Part shown: positions 9,899 to 19,676 of the stretch, one piece after another
Layout of the letters: every line of letters starts with the position of its first letter
Numbering within the stretch: the stretch's first letter is position 1
Source: a virus
Virus record (IMG/VR): IMGVR_UViG_3300045996_002876
Span: 1 to 64,000 of that record
DNA: 64,000 bases
Reading direction: 5' to 3' (one strand)
Position numbers and translations under genes: made by a program
Notes under the pieces: generated by a model
Seen by the model: the letters and a program-made list of their open reading frames with translations, nothing else
The model's database searches: none
Told to the model about the DNA's origin: nothing

Positions 9899-10174
9899 AT
9901 GTCCAAAAAGCCCGCCAAGACCCCTCCCGCCGGCAAGCCCGGCCCGGCCGTAACGGCCGGGCCGGGTCCCCTCGCCGCCCCCGCGCCCCCGGCCCCGTGC
10001 TGCGAGACCTGCGCCCACTGGGGTAAGGTCCGGGAGGCGGTCGGCGAGTGCCGCCAGGGCCCCCCGACCGTCCCGACCGACTTCGTCCCCGGGGCCCCCG
10101 GCGGCCGCCTGCACGTCTACCCGCTGACCCCGGCCGCCCTCCCGGCCTGCGGCCGGTACCTGGCCCGCGCCTAG
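9899..10174 (+). CDS. Small Cys-rich hypothetical protein
   Basis: CCETCAHW...GECR...PP...CG pattern; ATG directly after the promoter, possibly near-leaderless. Confidence 0.6.
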   Translation: MSKKPAKTPPAGKPGPAVTAGPGPLAAPAPPAPCCETCAHWGKVREAVGECRQGPPTVPTDFVPGAPGGRLHVYPLTPAALPACGRYLARA

Positions 10175-10255
10175 CCTCCCCGCCGGTCACCTCCGCCCCG
10201 CTTCCGGGGCACCCTTCCCCTCCCCCACGTCCGCTTCCACCCCATCGAGGACTCC

Positions 10256-11704
10256 ATGTCCCAGCCCGCCGGCGACGCCCCCGTCGCCCCGACCCCGGAA
10301 GCCTTCCTCGACTCGGTGACCAAGCTCACCGCGACGGTGGAGGCCCAGAACCAGAAGATCGCCGACCTCCAGTCGCGGGCCGACCAGGCCGCGGCCGAGG
10401 CCCGCAAGAGCCCGTTCGGGGCCCCCTTCGCCCGGACCGGCGAGAGCGCCCTGACCAGCCGCGGGTACAGCTACCTGAAGGCCTTCGGCCTGATCGCCGG
10501 CCAGATCGACGAGGCGAACGCCAAGGTCGAGGCCGACCTGGCCCGGAAGATGAAGGAGTACCACTCGGGCCTGGCCGGGTACAAGCCGGCCCAGCCGAAG
10601 AGCGTCATGCTCCCCCTGGGGGCCGAGTTCATCGTCAACGACGCCGGCCTGGCGGCCGAGGCCCGCGACGTGGTCAAGGCCGGGACGACCGCCTTCACCC
10701 CGGACGACGTGGCCGAGGTCCGGCGGAAGATGTACGAGGCCGGGGCCCGCAAGGCCCTGAGCTGGCTGGACGACTCGAGCGTCGGGACCCTGGTCGGCCC
10801 CCCGGTCATGGGCGAGCTGATCGAGCTCCTGCGGAACAACGAGGTCTTCCTGGCGGCCGGGTGTCGGGTCATCCCCATGCCCCCGACCGGGCGGATCACC
10901 TGGCCCCGGCACACGAGCGGGATGACCGGGTACCACGTGGGCGAGGGGGTGGCCATCACCGAGAGCGCCCCGGGGACCGACGACCTGACCCTGACGGCCA
11001 AGAAGCTGACCGTCCTGGGCAAGGTGAACAACGAGCTGTTCCACTTCGCCTCGATCGCCATCGAGCAGTTCCTCCGGATGGACATGGCCAAGACCCTGTC
11101 CCTCAAGATGGACAAGACCCTGCTCGAGGACGCCGGGAGCCAGACCACCCCGAAGGGGCTGATCAACTACGCCATCCAGTCGCACACGTCCACCGACCCG
11201 GGGACCACGACCGACGGGTACCGGTTCCAGCCCAAGGACGTCTGGCAGATGATCGCCAAGGTGGAGGAGCGGAACGCCCAGTTCAACGCCTTCGTCATGC
11301 GGCCCCTGCTGTACGCCAGCCTGGTGAACAAGCGGGCCGACGCCATCACCGCCGGGGACGGGCAGGGCCAGTTCCTGTTCAACATCGTCCGCGACGCCGG
11401 GACCGACATGAGCCCCGAGCGGCTCAAGAAGGGCAACCTGTCCGGGTACCCGGTCCTCAAGACCACCCAGGTCCGGACCACCTCGGCCAAGGGGTCGGCC
11501 ACCGACCTGACGTACGCCGTCGGCGGGGACTTCACCGACTACGTCCTGGCCATGAGCCCGGCCATCGAGTACGCGGTGACCAACTCGGGCGACACCCCGT
11601 TCGTCAACGACCAGACCTGGTTCAAGGGGGTCACCTACTACGACGGCGCCCCCCGCCACCTGGAGTCCTTCGTCTGGTGTGAGGACCTCATCCAGAGCTT
11701 CTAA
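10256..11704 (+). CDS. Major capsid protein (HK97 fold)
   Basis: N-terminal coiled-coil delta domain, GTLVGP, ELIELLRN, LTAKKL, LSGYPV and GDFTDY motifs; 482 aa. Confidence 0.92.
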   Translation: MSQPAGDAPVAPTPEAFLDSVTKLTATVEAQNQKIADLQSRADQAAAEARKSPFGAPFARTGESALTSRGYSYLKAFGLIAGQIDEANAKVEADLARKMKEYHSGLAGYKPAQPKSVMLPLGAEFIVNDAGLAAEARDVVKAGTTAFTPDDVAEVRRKMYEAGARKALSWLDDSSVGTLVGPPVMGELIELLRNNEVFLAAGCRVIPMPPTGRITWPRHTSGMTGYHVGEGVAITESAPGTDDLTLTAKKLTVLGKVNNELFHFASIAIEQFLRMDMAKTLSLKMDKTLLEDAGSQTTPKGLINYAIQSHTSTDPGTTTDGYRFQPKDVWQMIAKVEERNAQFNAFVMRPLLYASLVNKRADAITAGDGQGQFLFNIVRDAGTDMSPERLKKGNLSGYPVLKTTQVRTTSAKGSATDLTYAVGGDFTDYVLAMSPAIEYAVTNSGDTPFVNDQTWFKGVTYYDGAPRHLESFVWCEDLIQSF

Positions 11705-11840
11705 GAGGGGCCCCGACGTCGGGGGAGGTCCGTCCGACGGCCCCCCCGACCCCCCTCCCGCCGTCCCCAGAAACCCCTCCCCCGCCCGGTTCCGCGGCGG
11801 GCCCTCCCCCCAAGTCCTCCCCTCGCGGAGCCCCTCCCCC

Positions 11841-12269
11841 ATGTCTGCCCACCCGCTCGCCGACCTCGAAAACCACGTCGTCAAAGGCTTCTCGATCCAC
11901 TCGACGATCGCCACCGACACCACGACCAACGGGACCGCCGTCGACATGGGCGACTCGGACGGCCCGGTGTACGGGATCGTCTCGATCGGGAACTCGGGCG
12001 ACGCCTCGACCACCATCCAGGTCAAGCTCCAGGAGTCCGACGCGTCCGGCGGGACGTACACGGACGTGTCCGGGGCGACCGTCAGCCTGGCCGCCTCGGC
12101 CACGGCCAACGACAACACCGTCGACATCCTCAAGGGCCTCCGGACCAAGCAGTACGTCCGGGCCGTCGTCGTCACCGCCGGGGGCGGGACCCCGTCCGTC
12201 CCGATCGCCGTCCAGGTGTGGAGCCAGCGCAAGTACGGCCGGACGAACACCGGCTACTCGACCACGTGA
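11841..12269 (+). CDS. Capsid decoration/cement-like protein
   Basis: Follows the capsid gene; NGTAVD...VKLQESD...YTDV...KQYVR pattern. Confidence 0.65.
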   Translation: MSAHPLADLENHVVKGFSIHSTIATDTTTNGTAVDMGDSDGPVYGIVSIGNSGDASTTIQVKLQESDASGGTYTDVSGATVSLAASATANDNTVDILKGLRTKQYVRAVVVTAGGGTPSVPIAVQVWSQRKYGRTNTGYSTT

Positions 12270-12342
12270 TGACCGCCGGGCCCGGTTCGCCCGCCGGGCC
12301 CCCGGCCGCCCGTCTCGATTCTTGGGAATCGAGACGGGCCCC

Positions 12343-12419
12343 CCGGAAGGGAGCTTTGGGCTCCGCCGCCGGCACCCTCAAAAGTCCGCGGCGATCGGTT
12401 CGACCCCGGAACTTCCGGC
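12343..12419 (+). ncRNA. Degenerate tRNA-like cloverleaf
   Basis: CCGGAAG/CTTCCGG 7-bp closing stem, GGAGC/GCTCC arm, GCCGC/GCGGC arm containing CTCAAAA, T-loop-like TTCGACC. Confidence 0.4.
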
Positions 12420-12425
12420 TCTGAA

Positions 12426-13073
12426 ATGGCCCTCCTGACCGCCGACGAGTACCGGACCTACGCCGGCCTGACCGAGGCCCAGGCCCCGGACGCCCGGTAC
12501 GAGGCCCTGTGCGAGGCCGCCGGGGCGGCCGTCGAGGCCTACTGTAAGCGGTCCTTCGAGCGGGCCACCGTCACCGAGTACCACACCGGGGACGGGACGA
12601 GGTACCTCAAGCTCCGCCGCCGCCCGGTCGTCTCGGTCACCACCGTCCACTACGACCGGGCGGCCAACTACGGGGACACCTCCGGGGCCTTCGCCGCCGA
12701 CACCCTCCTGGAGGAGGGCGTCGACTACGCCCTCGACCCGAACGACACCGGCCTGCTCCTGCGGGTCCACGGGACCTGGGCCGAGGCCCGCCGCCGGGCC
12801 GACCCGGACTACCTGGCCCGCGAGCGACAGCCGACCCCCGGCGAGATCCGGGTGGTCTACGTCGGCGGGTACGACCCCCTCCCGGCCGACGTCAAGCTGG
12901 CCTGCGCCCAGCTGGTCACCCACACGGCCCGCCTGGCCCAGTACGGCGGGCGGGTCATCAGCGAGCGGCTGGGCGACTGGTCCTACGCCTTCGCCCCCAC
13001 CCTCCTGGCCGGCCCGGCCGAGCTCGGCTCGGCCCGCCAGCTCCTGGCCAGGTACCGCGAGATCCCCTGGTAG
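12426..13073 (+). CDS. Head-tail connector (gp6-like)
   Basis: LLTADEY...VEAYCKRSF...VYVGGYDPLPADVKLAC...SERLGDWSY. Confidence 0.85.
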   Translation: MALLTADEYRTYAGLTEAQAPDARYEALCEAAGAAVEAYCKRSFERATVTEYHTGDGTRYLKLRRRPVVSVTTVHYDRAANYGDTSGAFAADTLLEEGVDYALDPNDTGLLLRVHGTWAEARRRADPDYLARERQPTPGEIRVVYVGGYDPLPADVKLACAQLVTHTARLAQYGGRVISERLGDWSYAFAPTLLAGPAELGSARQLLARYREIPW

Positions 13074-13147
13074 CACACGGCCCTTAGCCCGGTCTAAAGG
13101 CGTCGGACCCTTGACTGCGGTCGACCCCCGGGCGGGCCCCCTCTCCC

Positions 13148-13486
13148 ATGCCCCCCTCCGCCCTCTTCCTGACCAAGACGGTCACCCTCCAGCGGCCGAC
13201 CTTCACCCGGGACGCGGCCGGCGGGAAGGTGCCCGCCTGGGCCGCCGTCGCGGACGCGACCGACCTCCCGGCCGCCGTCCAGCCCCTGACCAGCCACGCC
13301 CGGCTGGCCTACGCGGCCCGGCAGATCGAGGCCACCCACGCCGTCTACCTGGGGGCCGACCCGGGCCTCCGCCGGGGCGACCGCCTGGCCGTCTCGGACG
13401 GCCGGTACCTCCTGGCCGAGGGGGCCCTGGACGCCGGCGGGGCCGGCCGCCTGTACAAGCTCCCGTGCCGGGAGGTGTTCGAGTGA
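13148..13486 (+). CDS. Head-closure/head-tail adaptor (SPP1 gp16-like)
   Basis: TVTLQRP..RDAAGG...W...GDRL pattern and position. Confidence 0.75.
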   Translation: MPPSALFLTKTVTLQRPTFTRDAAGGKVPAWAAVADATDLPAAVQPLTSHARLAYAARQIEATHAVYLGADPGLRRGDRLAVSDGRYLLAEGALDAGGAGRLYKLPCREVFE

Positions 13487-13923
13487 ACCCGGTCCGCACG
13501 TCCGTCCTCGAGGCCGTCACCGCGGTCCTGACCGAGGACGAGCTGGCCGGCGGGGCCCTCAGCCGGGCCCTGCCCGGCGGGGTCTGGACCGGGGAGATCC
13601 CCGAGGGCCTGGCCGTCCCCCTCCCGGCCGCCGCCGTCGACGCGACCGGGGCCGGCTGGGAGTTCACCACGGAGGGCCCGGACCTGGAGCGGACCCGGCT
13701 GGCCGTGGCCGTGTTCGCCGAGTCGGCCGCCGCCGTCGACGCCCTCCTGGACCGCCTCCAGGCCTTCCTGTTCGCGGCCGAGTTCGCCTTCGCCGGGGCC
13801 GACGAGCTCGTGTACTTCGTCCCCGACGGCCGGGCCACCCGGGCCGAGACCCTCCGGTCCCCGGCCGGGCAGACCGTGTTCGCCGGCGACCTCGCCTTCG
13901 ACTGCGCCCTCTTCCGCCACTAA
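13483..13923 (+). CDS. Tail terminator-like protein
   Basis: GTGA coupling, 146 aa, position before the tail tube. Confidence 0.6.
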   Translation: MNPVRTSVLEAVTAVLTEDELAGGALSRALPGGVWTGEIPEGLAVPLPAAAVDATGAGWEFTTEGPDLERTRLAVAVFAESAAAVDALLDRLQAFLFAAEFAFAGADELVYFVPDGRATRAETLRSPAGQTVFAGDLAFDCALFRH

Positions 13924-13941
13924 CCCGAGCCCCCGCCGCCC

Positions 13942-14460
13942 ATGGCCACCAAGACCCTCACCGCCTCGGCCCGGGCCGGGCTGAACTGGACGTACACCAA
14001 CTCGGACACGTTCGGGGACACCGAGTTCGCCACCGGGTTCTCGTTCTCCGACTCCCTGGCCACCGGGACGGGGGCCGACCAGGCCGACCGCCTGTACGTC
14101 GGGAGCCACACGATCGCGGCCAGCGGGACCCTGGACCTGGACCTGGCCGGGAGCCTGGCGGACGTGTTCGGGGCCACCCTCACGTTCGCCCGCGTCAAGG
14201 CCGTCCTCGTCACCTTCCAGTCGGACAACACCGGGAGCGAGGTCGGGGTCGGGGCGGCCGCCTCCAACCAGTTCTACGGGTTCTTCAACGCCGCCACCGA
14301 CCAGGAGAAGGTCCACTCGTCCGGGTGCTTCTTCAAGTGGCGGGCCGACGCCACCGGGTGGGCGGTCACGGCCGGGACCGGGGACCTCCTCCGGGTGACC
14401 AACCTGGACGGGACGAACGCGGCCAAGATCAACGTCGCCATCATCGGGGCCTCGGCGTAA
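13942..14460 (+). CDS. Virion structural protein
   Basis: 172 aa, Thr/Gly/Ala-rich beta protein in the tail module. Confidence 0.6.
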   Translation: MATKTLTASARAGLNWTYTNSDTFGDTEFATGFSFSDSLATGTGADQADRLYVGSHTIAASGTLDLDLAGSLADVFGATLTFARVKAVLVTFQSDNTGSEVGVGAAASNQFYGFFNAATDQEKVHSSGCFFKWRADATGWAVTAGTGDLLRVTNLDGTNAAKINVAIIGASA

Positions 14461-14503
14461 CGCCCGGCCGAGCCGCCCACCTCCCTAGCCCCGGGACCCG
14501 CCC

Positions 14504-14959
14504 ATGCCCCCCATCTCCACCCGGAACGCCCGCGTCACCGTCACCAACCAGGTGACCAGCCAGTCGGCCAACATCCTAGCCACCCGGTGGGTCGTCGAGG
14601 TCAAGGCCGACGAGATCGACACGACCACGTTCGAGTCCGGGGGGTACGCCGAGTTCCTCCCGAGCTACGTCCAGGCGGACATCTCGGTCGACGGGTTCTA
14701 CGAGTCCGGCGGGTCCCCGTTCGCGTACGACGCCGGGGTCGACCTGTGCTGCGCCGGGAGCTACGTGGCCCTCGACCTGTACTCCCACCGGACCGGGGCC
14801 GCCGGGACCGACGGGTTCTTCTTCCCGGCCGCCTACATCCTCACGGCGTCCGGGGCCACGGCCGTCCGGGACGCCGCCCGCGTGTCGTTCACGGCCAAGA
14901 ACGTGGGCTCCTTCACCTACCCCGGCGGGGTCACCTTCGCCGGCGTCGACGAGGTCTAA
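14504..14959 (+). CDS. Tail tube protein
   Basis: W.VEVKADEIDTTTFESGGY.EF motif, 151 aa. Confidence 0.75.
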   Translation: MPPISTRNARVTVTNQVTSQSANILATRWVVEVKADEIDTTTFESGGYAEFLPSYVQADISVDGFYESGGSPFAYDAGVDLCCAGSYVALDLYSHRTGAAGTDGFFFPAAYILTASGATAVRDAARVSFTAKNVGSFTYPGGVTFAGVDEV

Positions 14960-15414
14960 TGAGCACGGTCGCCCGGAGCCTGGGCAAGGGCTCCCTGTTC
15001 GAGTTCGAGGGCAAGAGCTACACGGCCTCGCCGTGGACGTACGACGTCCAGGCCGAGTACGAGAAGTGGCTCATCGCCCGGTCCTTCGCCGACCTCCGGG
15101 CCGCCGCCGGCGAGCTCGGGGCCGAGTACGAGGACGAGCGGGCGGCCCTCCGCCGGGACGTCAACGCCGGGGTGTACGAGTTCGGGTCGGACCTGGTCCG
15201 CCGGTCGGTCCTGTCCGGCCGGGGGGTCAAGAAGCTCCTGTACCTGTGCCTGGCCTACGCCCACCGGCACGAGCCGGGCCGGGTGACCGAGGCCCTGGTC
15301 GACCGCCTGGAGAAGGACCCGGCCGCCTGGCCGGTCGCCGTCCAGGCCATGTGGGACGCGAACGCCGACCCTTCCCCCCCGCCGGCGGGGGAGCCGCCGG
15401 CGGCCGCGGCCTGA
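14959..15414 (+). CDS. Tail assembly chaperone (gpG-like)
   Basis: Between tail tube and tape measure; overlaps a -1-frame ORF. Confidence 0.7.
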   Translation: MSTVARSLGKGSLFEFEGKSYTASPWTYDVQAEYEKWLIARSFADLRAAAGELGAEYEDERAALRRDVNAGVYEFGSDLVRRSVLSGRGVKKLLYLCLAYAHRHEPGRVTEALVDRLEKDPAAWPVAVQAMWDANADPSPPPAGEPPAAAA

Positions 15415-15710
15415 GCCGGGACAAGGTGTTCGCCCACCTCCGCCGGGAGTTCGGCCTGACCACCCGCGAGATCGGCGAGCTCGACCCGGTGGTCGTCCGC
15501 CACCAGTACCTGTCCCGGCCCGACGAGGCCGGGGAGGTCGACCTGAAGGACCTCCTCCGGGAGGCCCGGGCGGCCGACCCGGTGTGGGAGGCCATGCGGG
15601 TCGGGCGGACGCGGGCCGAGGCCGAGGCGGCCGTCGCCGCCCGCCCCCGGCCGGGCCCGCCGAAGCCGCCCCCCAAAACGGCCCCCCGGGGCCGCCGGAA
15701 GCCCCGCTAG
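15375..15710 (+). CDS. Tail assembly chaperone frameshift extension (gpT-like)
   Basis: -1 frame, no good start codon, candidate slippery C CCC CCG at 15375-15381; LRREFGLTTREIGEL. Confidence 0.55.
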   Translation, partial: PPAGGGAAGGRGLSRDKVFAHLRREFGLTTREIGELDPVVVRHQYLSRPDEAGEVDLKDLLREARAADPVWEAMRVGRTRAEAEAAVAARPRPGPPKPPPKTAPRGRRKPR

Positions 15711-15734
15711 AGACCCCCGAGGAGAGCCCTCCCC

Positions 15735-15765
15735 AAAAGCCCGGCCGCTTCACGGCCGGGCTTTT
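15735..15765 (+). terminator. Intrinsic terminator-like hairpin
   Basis: AAAAGCCCGGCCG-CTTCA-CGGCCGGGCTTTT. Confidence 0.7.
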
Positions 15766-15780
15766 GTCGCTCCGCCCCCC

Positions 15781-17271
15781 ATGCCCACCGGGAACCCGTT
15801 CAAGCCGAAGGCCGTGGGGTACAGCGCCCCGACCGACCCGGTCGGCAAGCTGAACGTCCTGTTCGACAAGATGGCCGCCTCGGTCGAGAACCTGTACCAC
15901 GGGTTCCAACACCTGGGGGACGCCGTCAAGGCCATGGACCGGATGGCCAGCCGGGTGGCCTTCCTGTCGGTCGTCGCCGCCGGCCCCCGGTCGAACGTCC
16001 CGTACGACCTCCGGGACGTCCTCCGGGCCCAGGGGGCCCGGCCGGGCGGGAGCCACCAGCAGGCCTTCGGCCGGAACCCCGTGTCCCCGGTCGCCGGCCC
16101 GGGGTCCCCGCCGCCCCTCCCCGGCCGGCCCCCCGTGGGGTCCCCGGCCAACGGCCTGCCCAAGGGGACGTGGTGGGTCAAGGTCCCGCCCCCGCCGGCC
16201 CCCCCGAAGGGGCCGCCGCCCCTGCCCCCGCTCGGGCCGGGCGGCCAGCCCGCCGGGGGCCGCCGCCCGGACCTCAGCGGCCCGCTGAACAAGGCCGCCT
16301 TCGGGTCGGCCCTGGCCTCGGCCGCCCTGCTCAAGGCGTCGAGCCCGCTGGCCACCGACACCCTCATGAAGTCCCTCGAGCTGGCCCTGGCCAAGCTCGG
16401 GCGGGGGACCGTCGGCCCGTCCGGGGCCCTGTCCCGGAACCTCCAGGGGGTCGGCCAGTGGGCCGACCGGAACCCGGGCCTGGCCGACCTGGTCGGCAAG
16501 CTCGCCGTCCTGACGGCCGGGGTGACGGTCGCCGCCCTCGGCGTCAACATCCTGGCCAAGGCCGCCGCCAACGCCTCGGCCGCCCTGACCTGGCTGGCCG
16601 CCTCGGCCCGCGGGCCGGGCGGGCTCCCGGTCCCGTCCCCGACCGGGCCTAAGGGCCCGGTCGGGGGCCTGGCCGCGAACGTGGCCGGGGGGGCCGCCGG
16701 CGGGGTGGCCACCAGTGGGCGGTTCGCCCGGCTCCGGTCGCTGGCCGGCCGGGCGGGTCCGTTCGCGGCCCCGGTCGCCGCCGCCCTCGACGCGTACGAC
16801 TCGTACGACCTGGCCCGGAACGACACCGAGAGTGCGGTCCACAAGGGGATCAGCCGGGGGCTCCCGTCCACCCCGATCTACAGTTCGACGTACGGGGTCA
16901 CGGACGCCGGTAAGGACCTGGCCAAGTGGGGCCTGCGGAACTTCGCCGGGTACTCCCGTAAGGAAGTGGACGACGCCCAGTCCCGGATCGACGAGGCCTT
17001 CGAGTCGCTCAACCCGTTCGCCAAGTCCAACCCGACCAAGGGGGCGGGGAAGGGCGGCCACCTGACCGCCCTCCCGCCCATGACCCCCCAGATCCTCGGC
17101 GTCGACGAGGTCTGGAAGAGCGTCCAGCTCTCGGCCCTGGCCGACCCCCTCCAGCAGGAGATCGACCGGGAGCAGATGGCCAACGACCAGAAGGCCATGG
17201 CCGACGCCGTCACCACCGGGATGCTCAACTACGACCAGCAGAAGGGGAAGGACCCGGCCGCCCGCCGCTAG
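15781..17271 (+). CDS. Short tape-measure-like protein
   Basis: Position after the chaperones, Ala/Gly-rich with hydrophobic helices; 496 aa with Pro-rich segments. Confidence 0.6.
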   Translation: MPTGNPFKPKAVGYSAPTDPVGKLNVLFDKMAASVENLYHGFQHLGDAVKAMDRMASRVAFLSVVAAGPRSNVPYDLRDVLRAQGARPGGSHQQAFGRNPVSPVAGPGSPPPLPGRPPVGSPANGLPKGTWWVKVPPPPAPPKGPPPLPPLGPGGQPAGGRRPDLSGPLNKAAFGSALASAALLKASSPLATDTLMKSLELALAKLGRGTVGPSGALSRNLQGVGQWADRNPGLADLVGKLAVLTAGVTVAALGVNILAKAAANASAALTWLAASARGPGGLPVPSPTGPKGPVGGLAANVAGGAAGGVATSGRFARLRSLAGRAGPFAAPVAAALDAYDSYDLARNDTESAVHKGISRGLPSTPIYSSTYGVTDAGKDLAKWGLRNFAGYSRKEVDDAQSRIDEAFESLNPFAKSNPTKGAGKGGHLTALPPMTPQILGVDEVWKSVQLSALADPLQQEIDREQMANDQKAMADAVTTGMLNYDQQKGKDPAARR

Positions 17272-17645
17272 GGGACGAGCCCGTAGTGCCGGCGGACGTA
17301 CCCGTCGTCCCGCGGGGTGGCCGCCCGGGCCCGCCGCTCGAACGGGTCGAAGACGACCTCGACGTGCCGCCCCGGGCCCCCGCCCAGGCGGTTCAGGTAG
17401 ACGAGGCTCGCGCCCCCCTCGGCCCGGCGGACGGTGTGGTCCGCCGGGCCGAGGAGGCCGACCACCTCGGCCTCGGTCTTCCCGGCCACCAGCCCCCACG
17501 CCTCCCCCGGCGTGTACCCCGTCCGGGCGTCCTTGGCCGCCCGGACGGCCACGGCCCCTCCGACCAGGACCCCGCCCAGGAGGAGGCCCCCCAGGCCGAC
17601 GGCCAGGGGGAGGGGGATCCGGCGGGGCCGGGTCGCGGTAGTCAA
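17268..17645 (-). CDS. Membrane-anchored SmpA/OmlA(BamE)-like protein (moron)
   Basis: N-terminal TM; GKTEAEVVGLLGPAD...LVY motif; reverse orientation inside the tail operon. Confidence 0.6.
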   Translation of the reverse strand: MTTATRPRRIPLPLAVGLGGLLLGGVLVGGAVAVRAAKDARTGYTPGEAWGLVAGKTEAEVVGLLGPADHTVRRAEGGASLVYLNRLGGGPGRHVEVVFDPFERRARAATPRDDGYVRRHYGLVP

Positions 17646-17678
17646 GTCTTCCTCGGGTCGGGGGTTTCGTCCCCGGCC

Positions 17679-17700
17679 ATCTTACCACCCCACTTTGCCC
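17679..17700 (-). promoter_or_regulatory. Moron promoter (extended -10)
   Basis: Minus strand CAAAGTG-GGGTGG-TAAGAT; related copy at 22581-22600. Confidence 0.55.
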
Positions 17701-17701
17701 C

Positions 17702-19057
17702 GTGTCCACCCTCACGGTACAGCCGACCGGCGAGACGGTGACCTTCAAGGAGGTCCCCGGGTCCCAGGAGTTCTCCTTCTCGGGGAACGCGTTCGCCCTC
17801 CGGCGGACGTTCCAGACCCGGCACTCCGAGCGGTTCGCCTTCATCCGGGGCATGCTCGGGACGGCCCGGGTCGTCGACAAGGGGGCCCTCGTCCCCAAAA
17901 TCGAGCGGTTCCCGGCCGTCGGGTTCACCCAGCTCGTGGACGCCCGCCCGGAGGGCCCCCAGCCGTTCCTCTACCCGGTCGGGGTCGAGCGGTCGACGGG
18001 GGTGGCCCCGACCCGGACGACGACGGCCGGCCGGTCGGTCGGCGGGGTGGCCGGCGGGCGGTACAACGACCCGGCCGTGTACAGCCGGGCCCACACCACC
18101 CTCCTGTACGACGCCCCGACGTACAAGGTCCTGGCCGACGACAAGTGCCCGCGGGGGACCCTCCGGGCCAAGAGCCCGCCGGCCGAGCCGACCCTGGTCA
18201 CGTCCCTGACCGCGGCGTCGGCCGAGGAGTCGACCTACGTGTACACCGGGGCCGGCCACCGGCTCGAGTTCCACCGGTACACGACCCGGATCACCCAGCC
18301 GCTGACCGAGGCCGTCCGGATCCCGGCCAACTGCTACCACTTCGTCGAGGGGCTGTTCCTGGGGGCGGCCGCGGACTACGCCCCGGCCCCCCGCCAGCCG
18401 TTCAACTCCGGGGCCTTCACCCTCGTCCCCGGGCTCGAGGTGACGTACGTCTGGCACCAGGTCCCGGCCCTGGTCCAGCCGTGGGAGGACGACAGCGGGT
18501 GGCTCTACCCGGACCGGTCGGGGGTGACCGGCGGGCGGGGCACCCGGCCCGAGCTGGTCGGGGCCTGCTACACCCACGTCGGGACGACCAACGCCCGGTG
18601 GTTCGACGGGTTCCCGCCGGGGACGCTCTTGCTGACGGCCGTCGAGGCCCGGATGTACCGGTGGGTCGACGGGACCCGGATGGTGGACTACACGTACCGG
18701 ATGAAGCTCCACAACCCCCAGGACACGTTCCTGTCCGGGGCGAGCTACCCGTACACGGGGCCGGTCTCGGGCGCCGGGCACGTCCAGACCCGGACCACCT
18801 TCACCGAGTTCAGCCCCGTCGGCCTGAACTACTTCCTGCGGCTGTCGCCCCCGGCCAAGGACGGGTCCACGACCGTCTACATCGAGCCGTACTGGAGCCT
18901 GGTCACCCACAACGGCCTGCCCCTGGAGCAGGGGGGCAAGCCCGTCATCCCGTACCGGGACTTCGAAGACCTTTTTATCCCGTACTCGCGCTCGCATATG
19001 TGCCGGTACTACCGGACCGCTACTCTTACCCCACTCTTTGACGAGGCGGGCACGTAG
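17702..19057 (+). CDS. Minor tail protein
   Basis: 451 aa after the tape measure; GFPPGTLLLTAV motif; aromatic and beta-rich. Confidence 0.6.
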   Translation: MSTLTVQPTGETVTFKEVPGSQEFSFSGNAFALRRTFQTRHSERFAFIRGMLGTARVVDKGALVPKIERFPAVGFTQLVDARPEGPQPFLYPVGVERSTGVAPTRTTTAGRSVGGVAGGRYNDPAVYSRAHTTLLYDAPTYKVLADDKCPRGTLRAKSPPAEPTLVTSLTAASAEESTYVYTGAGHRLEFHRYTTRITQPLTEAVRIPANCYHFVEGLFLGAAADYAPAPRQPFNSGAFTLVPGLEVTYVWHQVPALVQPWEDDSGWLYPDRSGVTGGRGTRPELVGACYTHVGTTNARWFDGFPPGTLLLTAVEARMYRWVDGTRMVDYTYRMKLHNPQDTFLSGASYPYTGPVSGAGHVQTRTTFTEFSPVGLNYFLRLSPPAKDGSTTVYIEPYWSLVTHNGLPLEQGGKPVIPYRDFEDLFIPYSRSHMCRYYRTATLTPLFDEAGT

Positions 19058-19676
19058 GCCCCGCCCCCTTAGGCGTTTTCCCATCCGCCCCCTCCCGCCC
19101 GCCCCCTTCGACCCCCGGAACCCCGCCGCCCGGTCCGACCTGGACCGGCTCATGGCGGCGGCCGGCCGGGCCGCGTCCCTCATGGGCCCGGACCTGATCG
19201 CCGGCGGGTTCGGGCCCACCCCGGTCCCGCCCGAGCGGTTCGGGCTGGTCCTGGCCGTCATCAAGGCCCGGTCGGCCGCCGCCCCGTACGAGTACGAGTG
19301 GGCCCCGGCCACCCTGGGGGCCGACCTCGTGGCCGCGGAGACGGCCGGGGCCGGGTACGGCGGGTTCCGGACGGCCGACGGGCTGTACCAGACCCCGGCC
19401 GTCGACCCGACCGACCCGGACGGGGTGGACCCGTGGGAGGAGGACGACGTCGTCTTCCTCCAGTGGGACGAGGCCAGCCGGACGTACCTGATCGTCGGGG
19501 CGGACGGCCGAACGGCCGTCGAGGTCGGGGAGCCGTTCTGCGGGTCCGGGTCCGGGTGTAGCGGCGAGAGCGCCGGGTCCGGGGGGCTCGAGGACTGGTG
19601 GCGGCTGGAGCCGGACGTGGCCACCCTCACCCTCGCCCAGGCCGAGCGGATCTGGTTCTGGGACGCCAACGCCTGA
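19038..19676 (+). CDS. Putative tail tip protein
   Basis: Operonic, acidic; start uncertain. Confidence 0.5.
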   Translation: MTRRARRPRPLRRFPIRPLPPAPFDPRNPAARSDLDRLMAAAGRAASLMGPDLIAGGFGPTPVPPERFGLVLAVIKARSAAAPYEYEWAPATLGADLVAAETAGAGYGGFRTADGLYQTPAVDPTDPDGVDPWEEDDVVFLQWDEASRTYLIVGADGRTAVEVGEPFCGSGSGCSGESAGSGGLEDWWRLEPDVATLTLAQAERIWFWDANA

